Origin: a virus
Lineage: Duplodnaviria; Caudoviricetes
Length of the DNA: 54,219 bases
Direction: 5' to 3' (one strand)
Virus record (IMG/VR): IMGVR_UViG_3300037493_001441
Location: 1 to 54,219 of that record
Shown: piece by piece, positions 36,018 through 43,673 of the stretch
How the letters are laid out: each line of letters opens with the position of its first letter
Numbering within the stretch: position 1 is the first letter of the stretch
Made by a program: the position numbers and the translations under genes
Notes under the pieces: generated by a model
What the model was told of the DNA's origin: nothing
Databases searched by the model: none
Seen by the model: only the letters and a program-made list of their open reading frames with translations

Positions 36018-37584
36018 ACGGGTTCACTCTCGCTTTCTGATGTACTGTGTAGTCAATGTCATCCGGGTCCTCATCCGGCACCACAGCTACTTCCAGATGA
36101 CCGGCGTCCCGTAGGTAGATGGTTGCCTGAGTGAAGCAATCCACCATCTCATCGTGCTCCCCCGAAGGGAACTGCTCCAACTGATTCAAGAAGGGCTGCA
36201 CCCACGTGCGAACCTTGCCTTTGTTCTTGTTGGACTCCAGCACCCAGAATATGTCTGCTTCAAGCAGCGGACTAGCCATGTGGGCGCGTGCGACCTTATC
36301 AGCCTTCCCAGGATTATAAGGCACTGCCGGTATGTTGGACAGTCTCAAGTCCTGAAGCAGCGACTGACCCGAGCCTTTGGCCTCAACCAGCACGATGTCG
36401 GACCTGCGTGAGGGCTTCATGACGTTGTTCTTCTCACCACCGTACCGAGCCTGCCAGTCATCCATCACGCGCTTCTTCAGGGCTGGGTAGCCCAAGTGCT
36501 CATTCCAGCAGTCTAGTAGCAGGACATTGCGCCGGTTCTGGTGCTCAAACACGCCCCAGACGCAACAGCCGGTCGGGTCACCCGACGTCTTCTCAGTGAA
36601 CGCTGTGTCGTATGACTGCACGATGAAGAACAGGTCAGGCAGCTGCTTGTCTGATGGCCAGAGCCTGAAGTGCGCTGTCTTGAGGATACCGCCACCGGCA
36701 GGCGACGGACGCTGCTGTAGCTGACCTGATGAGCCGTAGTCACCCAACAGCTGCTTCAGTTCAGCCACTGAGTCATCATCATACATCTCAGGCCAGAGCA
36801 GCTCACCCTCCTTGGTGCGTGGATCGTATGGGCCCAAGAACGTCTTGCGTTTGACCCCTTCGTACTCCATTGGGATGCACAGATGAGTGTAGCCAGACAA
36901 GTCTGCGAGTATGTGACCGGTAACGTCGCGCTCGTTCAGCCTTTGCATAACGACAACGGTTGCAGCGCCGCGTGATTGGCCCCGTGTAGACAGCGTCCTG
37001 TCGAACCATTCCAGGGCCGTCTCCCGCTCAGCCTCACTCTCGGCCTGTTTGGCGTTGTGCGGGTCATCCACGATCTTCCTGTCTGGGTGCTCACCTGTGG
37101 CCCGGCCTCCGACTGACGTGGCCATGCGCCATCCGCCAGTGACCAGCTCATACTTGGTCTTCTGATCTGAGCCCACCTTGATCTTGACGTCTGCCCAGCG
37201 CTCCTGGTACCACTCTGACGTGATGATGTCCCGAGTCTTGGACGCATCCCGGATGGCGAGGTCTGAGCCGTAGCTAGCGCTCATCACTCGCAGCGCAGGG
37301 TTGTTGACCCACTCCCACGCAGGCCAAGCCACTGAGGTCAGGATAGACTTCATGCAGCCAGGAGGTATGTTGATCACGAGGTTCTTGATGTCGCCACGGC
37401 TGATGGCCATCAAGTGGTCAGCGATCACGTGCAGGTGCCAGTTGTCGCAAAACGTCTGCCCAGGCTCAATAATGTCGAAGCTCTGGCGTGTGAAGGACAT
37501 CAAGTCCGATTGCGCTAGCCGTCTATCCCTCTCACGCTTGATGAGGTCCAGCATGACCGCTGGCGAGAGGGGTGCGTTCATCAA
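36010..37584 (-). CDS. terL: Terminase large subunit
   Basis: INIPPGCMKS Walker A, IVDDPH Walker B, VMQRL, SYDTAF...D, VEAKGSG and HDEMVD. Confidence 0.95.
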   Translation of the reverse strand: MMNAPLSPAVMLDLIKRERDRRLAQSDLMSFTRQSFDIIEPGQTFCDNWHLHVIADHLMAISRGDIKNLVINIPPGCMKSILTSVAWPAWEWVNNPALRVMSASYGSDLAIRDASKTRDIITSEWYQERWADVKIKVGSDQKTKYELVTGGWRMATSVGGRATGEHPDRKIVDDPHNAKQAESEAERETALEWFDRTLSTRGQSRGAATVVVMQRLNERDVTGHILADLSGYTHLCIPMEYEGVKRKTFLGPYDPRTKEGELLWPEMYDDDSVAELKQLLGDYGSSGQLQQRPSPAGGGILKTAHFRLWPSDKQLPDLFFIVQSYDTAFTEKTSGDPTGCCVWGVFEHQNRRNVLLLDCWNEHLGYPALKKRVMDDWQARYGGEKNNVMKPSRRSDIVLVEAKGSGQSLLQDLRLSNIPAVPYNPGKADKVARAHMASPLLEADIFWVLESNKNKGKVRTWVQPFLNQLEQFPSGEHDEMVDCFTQATIYLRDAGHLEVAVVPDEDPDDIDYTVHQKARVNPYG

Positions 37585-38024
37585 CCCACAACCTTCTTGA
37601 GCAGCTTCTCCATTGTGGCTAGGTCCTCAGTGGATAAACCCTTCAGACTTGATGTCAAGTTAATTGGATTATCCGCATCACCCTTCAGGGTTACAGCTTG
37701 CAGCTTAGTATGCAGGTACGGAGCCACCTTCTCAGCGCTCTCCGCAGCCATCCTGCTAGACTTCCTGATGCGCTCACGGAGCTCAGCCTTGGTGTCTGAC
37801 TCCTTGGTCATCTTGTTGTAGTCTGTAAGCATGGTGCGAGTCTCATCGTACTGAAACTTCATGTCGCCCAAGAGTACTTCAAGAGGTGTGATGTCGATGT
37901 CTTTGATACGCTCAGCCATCGCATCAACAATCTTGTGCCTGACTGATTGTTTCACCACGGTAACCCGAGTGGGCGAGCCCGGTGGCCGACCTGCGCCGGG
38001 ACGCACCCCGCCATAAGTTGCCAT
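37581..38024 (-). CDS. terS: Terminase small subunit
   Basis: GG.RPGAGRPPGS N-terminus, TPLEVLL and APYLH.KL; coupled to terL. Confidence 0.85.
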   Translation of the reverse strand: MATYGGVRPGAGRPPGSPTRVTVVKQSVRHKIVDAMAERIKDIDITPLEVLLGDMKFQYDETRTMLTDYNKMTKESDTKAELRERIRKSSRMAAESAEKVAPYLHTKLQAVTLKGDADNPINLTSSLKGLSTEDLATMEKLLKKVVG

Positions 38025-38147
38025 AAGCGCTCCTAATGATTTACTTGATTTACTTGATTGATCGGATTATAGCGTCACTCACGCACCCGATAGCGCATCA
38101 AGTTATTCCGTTTTATGAGTATAGTCCTTAATCATGAATTCAACACG

Positions 38148-38684
38148 TTATTCCGTAGAGCCGTTTTTGTACACGTTGGGTGCTGGATGCGCGAACAGGG
38201 CGCGAGTTTCATAATGCCAATCGTTCAGCATGGGGACGCGCAAATAATCAGCATGGTTTTCCTTGGAACAGTCTGTCCACGGCTCCCAATACTCTACCCA
38301 GTCAGCGCGGGTTCTGTACTGCCACGCCACAGGCTCCGAGGCACCCTTCAACCTCTCAACCTCTGCGCGTAGTGAGTCGGCCTCGTCTTGACAAGCTTGT
38401 GCGTACGCATCTTTCTTCGCAAGCAGGGCGGCTACGGTGTCTGCGGTGTAGAAATTCTCAGGTGGACCAACCTCATCCCCGCAAACATCCTCATGCTTAT
38501 AGATGTAATCAGCTTCCGGCATCCCGGCCTTTACTTGGTCGATGTAGTGGGTGATGGCGGCGTTGCAGAGGGTGTGGTAGCGATTGTCTGCCTCATCATC
38601 CAGCATGTATCCGCGCTGCCAATCTAGCTTTGCCGCGCGCGCGCGCGCCAGTTCGATTGCTTCTTCTCTTGTGATGTGTGTCAT
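38148..38684 (-). CDS. Mosaic hypothetical protein
   Basis: EPVAWQYR...YETRALFAHP module. Confidence 0.6.
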   Translation of the reverse strand: MTHITREEAIELARARAAKLDWQRGYMLDDEADNRYHTLCNAAITHYIDQVKAGMPEADYIYKHEDVCGDEVGPPENFYTADTVAALLAKKDAYAQACQDEADSLRAEVERLKGASEPVAWQYRTRADWVEYWEPWTDCSKENHADYLRVPMLNDWHYETRALFAHPAPNVYKNGSTE

Positions 38685-38914
38685 AGCTTTGCCTCAATAT
38701 CAGGCACTATTGCTGCTGGTTGGTTTACCGTCATTGGGCCGTGGTCTAGCAGGGCTTGTAGGACTAGGCGGAGGCGGGGTTTCATTTGCGCGTTGTCGTA
38801 CTTGATTCGCCACTCGGCTATATCCTCGCAGTCGTGCGGCTCGATAAATCGGCTTTGCGCCATGCCGCAGACATTGCGGGGTTTGAACTTTTGGCCTATG
38901 TTAAAGAGTGTCAT
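38681..38914 (-). CDS. Hypothetical protein
   Basis: ATGA overlaps at both ends. Confidence 0.55.
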   Translation of the reverse strand: MTLFNIGQKFKPRNVCGMAQSRFIEPHDCEDIAEWRIKYDNAQMKPRLRLVLQALLDHGPMTVNQPAAIVPDIEAKL

Positions 38915-39162
38915 AATTGGGTGGTCTTGGGTGTGGAGAGTGCCGACGGGAAAAGTCTCCCACTCCATGCCAGCGCGTTCAGGACGGCGGCTCTATCCTG
39001 CACCAGAGTGAGCAAATCAGCCATAACGCCAGATGGGACTGCGTTTTGCCCCGTCGCCCAGCGTCTAACCGTCCTATCCGATACCCCAAGGGATCGGGCT
39101 AGCTCTGACTGCCAGCGAGGTCCATATAGGGCTTCACCAGCCTCTATAAGTAGTTCGTTCAT
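38911..39162 (-). CDS. XRE-like HTH regulator
   Basis: WQSELARSLGVSDRTVRRWATGQNAVP. Confidence 0.85.
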   Translation of the reverse strand: MNELLIEAGEALYGPRWQSELARSLGVSDRTVRRWATGQNAVPSGVMADLLTLVQDRAAVLNALAWSGRLFPSALSTPKTTQL

Positions 39163-39239
39163 ATTTTCCCCTTACAATTGTTTTGCCACTCTGATTTATT
39201 TCGGACCGTAGACGGGGTTTCGGCCCCGTCGGTGGCACC

Positions 39240-39725
39240 TTATGCCAGAGCTGCACACTGTCTCGTTGCCACTGTCTGACTACCGTACTTTGTGCGAATA
39301 TCGTCCATTGTTGATTTTCCACGCCCGCCTTGTTGGTCAACAGGCCGAAAGTACCACATGAACTTCTTACTTGCCCAATAGTACCCAACGGCTTTCAGAA
39401 CCTCTTTGTGCGTTTTGGTGTCACCTGACACCCAGACCCACAATCCGCACACCTCAATAATCAATCCAGGCAGAGTCACAATGGCGTTGATAGCATCATT
39501 CAAGCGGTCAGCGTAGCCTTGATCCGTATTGATTGATGGTAACGAGCCATAGTTGGATTGAAGTATGTTATAGGCCTCATTCACAGTCTGCATCATTTCA
39601 GTGCTACCGCCTTTGTCTGGGTGATATTTCTGAGCAGCACGACGGTACGCTTGTTTTACGGTAGCTTCGTCTGCAATACTTCCCGGTTCCATACCCAGAA
39701 TATCAGCGGCTTGAGAGATTTTCAT
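39240..39725 (-). CDS. J-domain (DnaJ-like) protein
   Basis: VKQAYRRAAQKYHPDKGGSTEMMQTVNEAY with intact HPD. Confidence 0.9.
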   Translation of the reverse strand: MKISQAADILGMEPGSIADEATVKQAYRRAAQKYHPDKGGSTEMMQTVNEAYNILQSNYGSLPSINTDQGYADRLNDAINAIVTLPGLIIEVCGLWVWVSGDTKTHKEVLKAVGYYWASKKFMWYFRPVDQQGGRGKSTMDDIRTKYGSQTVATRQCAALA

Positions 39726-39782
39726 GATCTTGGCCTTTCTTTGCCAGTTTCGGACTTGCCTTATTGCCCGTCCATGTGATTG

Positions 39783-39811
39783 ATTATAGTCCTACTATTC
39801 GGACAAATCAA
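39783..39811 (-). promoter_or_regulatory. sigma70 promoter of the J-domain cassette
   Basis: TTGATT-N17-TATAAT; GTCC-N8-GGAC dyad in the spacer; A/T-rich UP element. Confidence 0.75.
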
Positions 39812-39849
39812 CATTTATTTTGTAGGGGTTTATACCTAGTTCCAGCAAA

Positions 39850-40250
39850 TCTTATAAACTTGTCACGGGCTTCTGCCATTCAATAGCATGAATTATCACC
39901 CGAAGGCCCCCCTTCCCCATTGACTGAGGTTAGAAGGAATCACCACCCTTGCGGGTACATCAATGATTGGAGTCGTTGTTACCCTCTCCAATACCCTGGG
40001 CGTTGATGTTCGGCCAGCCCATCAGCTCACATGCAGGTAGTTGCCCGGTGCCCTTACGGCGTGTCTGATTAACGGTACGTGAGAACTGCCCCGCTTGGCC
40101 CGTGAACTTATGCCATTGGGTGACTCAGACCCTAGAACGCAAAAAAGCCTTTACTGCTGCGCTCTGGTGTCGGGGGCCACCACTCGTTAGAGATAAACGC
40201 ATGAGTAAAGGCTCATGTTGATTATCGAAGAGACCCCCGTCACTTGACCA
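39850..40250 (-). ncRNA. Putative structured non-coding RNA / attenuator leader
   Basis: No convincing ORF; multiple stems with GUAA, GCAA and UUCG loops on the minus strand; terminator-like stem with U6. Confidence 0.55.
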
Positions 40251-40323
40251 GCAAATGATAACACTAATCCATGTCCTTTCATACAGCATAGGGAAAGTAC
40301 CTAGAAAATACTTCAAATAAACC

Positions 40324-40351
40324 TTGAAACGCACAGTTTGCGTGTTATAAT
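40324..40351 (+). promoter_or_regulatory. sigma70 extended -10 promoter of the plus-strand cassette
   Basis: TTGAAA-N16-TATAAT with TGn; ACGCA-N5-TGCGT dyad in the spacer. Confidence 0.75.
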
Positions 40352-40381
40352 TCATTCATCGCAACACAACGGAGAAACAAA

Positions 40382-40657
40382 ATGGCAACACTAACAATCA
40401 CTGGCGCAATTCGCGAATGCAATTGCAACCATTGCGGACGGCCTCTAAAGCTTGGTGTCCGAACCGACGAGGTTGGGACTATTGGAGCCGATTGTTTTGT
40501 AAAGCTGACAACCCGCGATACAAAGCGGTTCAACGGAAACGGTCGCCCAAGTGCAGACATTGTTAAAAATTACGCCCTTATCGCGAACAAAGGGCTTGCA
40601 TACGCAGCACAATGCTACGGCTACAGCGCCCGCCACTTCATTTTTGCCGCAGCCTAA
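40382..40657 (+). CDS. Small Zn-binding cassette protein
   Basis: CNCNHCGRPLK...GADC; GGAG RBS. Confidence 0.7.
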   Translation: MATLTITGAIRECNCNHCGRPLKLGVRTDEVGTIGADCFVKLTTRDTKRFNGNGRPSADIVKNYALIANKGLAYAAQCYGYSARHFIFAAA

Positions 40658-40693
40658 CAATCCTACCCGCTACGGCGGGATTGAAAGAACATC

Positions 40694-40885
40694 ATGACAA
40701 CAGCAGAAAATATCGCAATCATCGGCGAAGCAGACTCTTCGCAATTTCGCCCGGCGTTGGCGCGCGCGCAAGGCGAAAGCATCTTCATAGAGGATGATGA
40801 TTATGAGGGGTACGCCGTGATGACTCTGCGGTTTGCAGACGGTTCACGGCTGCGTGTTTGCGCAGGGCACATGGAGGCAATTTGA
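40694..40885 (+). CDS. Small acidic hypothetical protein
   Basis: RBS; in cassette. Confidence 0.6.
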   Translation: MTTAENIAIIGEADSSQFRPALARAQGESIFIEDDDYEGYAVMTLRFADGSRLRVCAGHMEAI

Positions 40886-40890
40886 AATTT

Positions 40891-41076
40891 ATGAACCCAT
40901 CCGACCTTGACCGCGCTATCACATGCGCAACCTACCAAATTGATATTTTGAAACTCACGCTGGGCCTTGCTGGCCCCGTAGAGGCCATGATACTGATGCC
41001 ACTCATAGCTAATGCTCAATCCAGTCTAAACACATTACAACAGCTTAAATCAGCCCTGCGTGAGGTGCAATCGTGA
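40891..41076 (+). CDS. Small hypothetical protein
   Basis: GGAGG upstream; overlaps next gene. Confidence 0.55.
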   Translation: MNPSDLDRAITCATYQIDILKLTLGLAGPVEAMILMPLIANAQSSLNTLQQLKSALREVQS

Positions 41077-41261
41077 CCCCCACACCAGAGCAAGTTAAAG
41101 CATCCCGCGCCGCAGCGGGACTTACTCAACGCGCCGCCGCAGCCCATGTTGGCTCGATGTGGCGCACATGGCAAGACTGGGAGTTGGGTAAGCGCAACAT
41201 GCCATCGGCAAAATGGGAGCTATGGTTGATAAAAACTAAACAGCCACCGCCGCCTGAATAG
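41073..41261 (+). CDS. XRE-family HTH regulator
   Basis: PTPEQVKASRAAAGLTQRAAAAHVGSMWRTWQDWELGKRNMP. Confidence 0.85.
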   Translation: MTPTPEQVKASRAAAGLTQRAAAAHVGSMWRTWQDWELGKRNMPSAKWELWLIKTKQPPPPE

Positions 41262-41589
41262 CTTTTAGCGCCTGTTTTGGCGACATATTGGGGAAGCGCA
41301 GCAGGATCACGTCCATGGCCGCATTCACCGGCTTGGTGTAGCTCTTGCGCCAGCAGTTGTATCCCGTTGCCTCTGCCATTACTCGGATGCCTTCTGTAAG
41401 CGTTGTGGCTTCCGTCTTGTTCTGGATAACTGGCTGGATTGCCTTTGCCATGATTAGAATTGAGTGGAAACCGTCGCCGACCGGCTCGCCGTAGTCGAGC
41501 ATATGGAACCAAATCTTGTAATCCTTGACGGATTCGCGCTGCACCTTTTGTGCTGGTGTCGGCAGGAACGGGTTTGTGTACTTTCTCAT
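41236..41589 (-). CDS. Hypothetical protein (at the lambda Q-equivalent position)
   Basis: Coupled to the Ref-like gene; last gene of the replication operon. Confidence 0.6.
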   Translation of the reverse strand: MRKYTNPFLPTPAQKVQRESVKDYKIWFHMLDYGEPVGDGFHSILIMAKAIQPVIQNKTEATTLTEGIRVMAEATGYNCWRKSYTKPVNAAMDVILLRFPNMSPKQALKAIQAAVAV

Positions 41590-41864
41590 TGCGTGCGCTC
41601 CATGACTAATTCAAGCAAATCCTTTTGCGATACATCGAAATGACGTTCCCATGCTTTCGTTCCCATGTTGTGTATTCCTTCCTTGCCGCGATGGTGATTG
41701 ACGCAAAGTGGAATCAATGTGGTGTAGTTGCCCTTACCCCACCCACCAGTTCTTAGGTGGTGTAATTCGACGTTACCGCCTGGGTGCTGACCATAGATGC
41801 GCTCACAAATCATGCAGGCCATGTCAACTAACTTTGCTTTGTGCTTGATTTCATCTTTGGTCAT
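41586..41864 (-). CDS. Ref-like HNH nuclease
   Basis: CMIC...ELHH.R.G......IPLC..HHRG..GIH. Confidence 0.8.
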   Translation of the reverse strand: MTKDEIKHKAKLVDMACMICERIYGQHPGGNVELHHLRTGGWGKGNYTTLIPLCVNHHRGKEGIHNMGTKAWERHFDVSQKDLLELVMERTQ

Positions 41865-42274
41865 TGGTTGCGCTCCAAGTCAATGAATCGCACGCCCAAC
41901 TCCTGCGCGGCGTATGCCTCTACCTGGGTGCAGAAATCGCAGAATTCAGCGGTAGTCAGGCCGGTGCTGCTTTTTCCAATCACTTCTCCATTCGGAAGTT
42001 CTTCCACGCCAATGAATTGACGTTTGAAGCATTCGTGCCATGTTTCTGCGCTGTACAGCCTGCCGTCGACCGTCGCCTGTTCCGCGACCTGCGCCAGCAC
42101 GCCGCAGCCCCAATAGCGCCTGTTCTGAGCTGGTGTGCGCTTCTTCAGCCGTGCCGTAATCGTCAGCGTCTTATTTGCTTGCAGCCAGTGGCCCAGAAAC
42201 TGGTATAGCTGCTCTTTGATGATGGCAAACGCCTGCTGCCGGTTGAATAGCTCAAGTGTGATAGTGCTGATCAT
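41861..42274 (-). CDS. ninB: NinB/Orf-family protein (copy 2)
   Basis: KRTPAQNRRYW, WHECFKRQFIG and SSTGLTTAEF. Confidence 0.8.
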   Translation of the reverse strand: MISTITLELFNRQQAFAIIKEQLYQFLGHWLQANKTLTITARLKKRTPAQNRRYWGCGVLAQVAEQATVDGRLYSAETWHECFKRQFIGVEELPNGEVIGKSSTGLTTAEFCDFCTQVEAYAAQELGVRFIDLERNQ

Positions 42275-42651
42275 GGCATTTCCTGATAGCTAACCACATG
42301 CACGTTCACGGCAACCACCAGCGATCCAATCTTGTCGCCGCCGTGCGCCCAATCGACTAGAAGCGGTTTGAAACGCTTGTCATTAACACCCAATGCTTCA
42401 GCCATCCCATCGAGGATGTGCTTTGCCGCAGCAAGCATGTTGTCGGTGTCCCTGTGGCGCTTGTCAGGCGTGAGAAATAGCAGAGATAGCGGAATGTTTC
42501 CCTCTGGCTCTACAAACTTACCGGCCTTCTTTGTCAACCAATACGCCTCGTCCTTTTGCAGTTCTTTGATCTTGTTAGTTGCTGCCCAGAAGCGGCCATT
42601 CTTGCGATTTGGGAACATCGTCGCGGCAGGGAATGGGAGTTTTACGATCAT
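42271..42651 (-). CDS. rusA: RusA-like Holliday junction resolvase
   Basis: PDKRHRDTDNMLAAAKHILDG..EALGVND..F. Confidence 0.85.
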   Translation of the reverse strand: MIVKLPFPAATMFPNRKNGRFWAATNKIKELQKDEAYWLTKKAGKFVEPEGNIPLSLLFLTPDKRHRDTDNMLAAAKHILDGMAEALGVNDKRFKPLLVDWAHGGDKIGSLVVAVNVHVVSYQEMP

Positions 42652-42777
42652 TTCAGCGCGTCCCTCACGCCAGCCATCAAATCAAGCCACGGCAATTCGG
42701 CGTGGTAGTGCGCGAGTGCTTCCCTGGCGTAATCTGGCTGCGTTTGTTTCATCATGAGAATGTGCAAAATAATGCGT

Positions 42778-42987
42778 TCACGCAACGACTCGCTCGCGTT
42801 CAATCAAGCGCTCCCGGTGGTGATCGGCCATGTTGGTAATCACATCGTGTGTTCCGACCATCAGCACGATGTAGTCATGCGATGTGTCTTTCAAGAAACA
42901 CTCTTGGTTCTTCGCAAGCGTGGTTTCAATCGGTTGAACATGGAAGCTGTTCGACTTCTTCGACCATTCCAAAACGTACTGTTTCAT
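42778..42987 (-). CDS. Hypothetical protein
   Basis: AAGGTG RBS; in operon. Confidence 0.6.
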   Translation of the reverse strand: MKQYVLEWSKKSNSFHVQPIETTLAKNQECFLKDTSHDYIVLMVGTHDVITNMADHHRERLIERERVVA

Positions 42988-42996
42988 TGCGTCACC

Positions 42997-43188
42997 TTAA
43001 GTATTCTTTTCAACCAATTCTTTTACCTCTGCGTTCAGGTAGCTGGCGATCCACTCTTTGTGGTCTTCCCATTGCTCACCGTGAATCACCTCGAGGCGCT
43101 GTACTTGCGCTGCAAACCAATTACGTGAACGAACCAGCATGTGCTTTGGAATGTCCGATTCATTCAGTAGGCTTTGAGTGTTTGTCAT
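42997..43188 (-). CDS. Hypothetical protein
   Basis: ATGA overlap with the upstream gene. Confidence 0.55.
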   Translation of the reverse strand: MTNTQSLLNESDIPKHMLVRSRNWFAAQVQRLEVIHGEQWEDHKEWIASYLNAEVKELVEKNT

Positions 43189-43673
43189 TCTTCGTGCATC
43201 CTGTCGTGACACTCTTTACAAAGAGACATCAGTTCAAATGCAAACTCTTTCATAAAATGCTCATAGGTTCTGTGATGCACTTCTTTCGCTGGTTCCGTTA
43301 GGCATCCTTGGCACGTATGTTTGTCACGCGCAAGCACTATCCCCCTGAGTGCCTTCCATTCGGGGCTAGACATGTATCGCTCATAATTTCCCCACCACAA
43401 TGCGCTCTCTGCTTCCTTTGCTTCCCACCTTAGCGCGGTAGCTTTTTCCCGTGCGGTTTTTTTCAACTCTTCATCAAACACCCGCGCAGAGCCGACTTGC
43501 TTAACTGGGTTTCCAACAGATTCGCCGCAATCAAGACACTGATGAACGTATTGCTTTGACCCACCACGAATAACGCGCTCCCGCACTTCAGTTCGTGAGC
43601 AACTGCATTCCTCCTGCGTTGCATTTGCAGCCGCCTGCATTGCAGCCATATCAACAATCTTTTGAAAGTTCAT
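43185..43673 (-). CDS. HNH-fold nuclease with N-terminal Zn ribbon
   Basis: W..LR..VLARD..TCQGC......VHH.TY......L.SLCKECH. Confidence 0.8.
   Translation of the reverse strand: MNFQKIVDMAAMQAAANATQEECSCSRTEVRERVIRGGSKQYVHQCLDCGESVGNPVKQVGSARVFDEELKKTAREKATALRWEAKEAESALWWGNYERYMSSPEWKALRGIVLARDKHTCQGCLTEPAKEVHHRTYEHFMKEFAFELMSLCKECHDRMHEE

Noticed and set aside
39850-40250. tRNA, group I intron or known ribozyme
   Set aside because: No cloverleaf/T-loop, P7 or hammerhead core recognised by eye; kept only as an unclassified structured RNA
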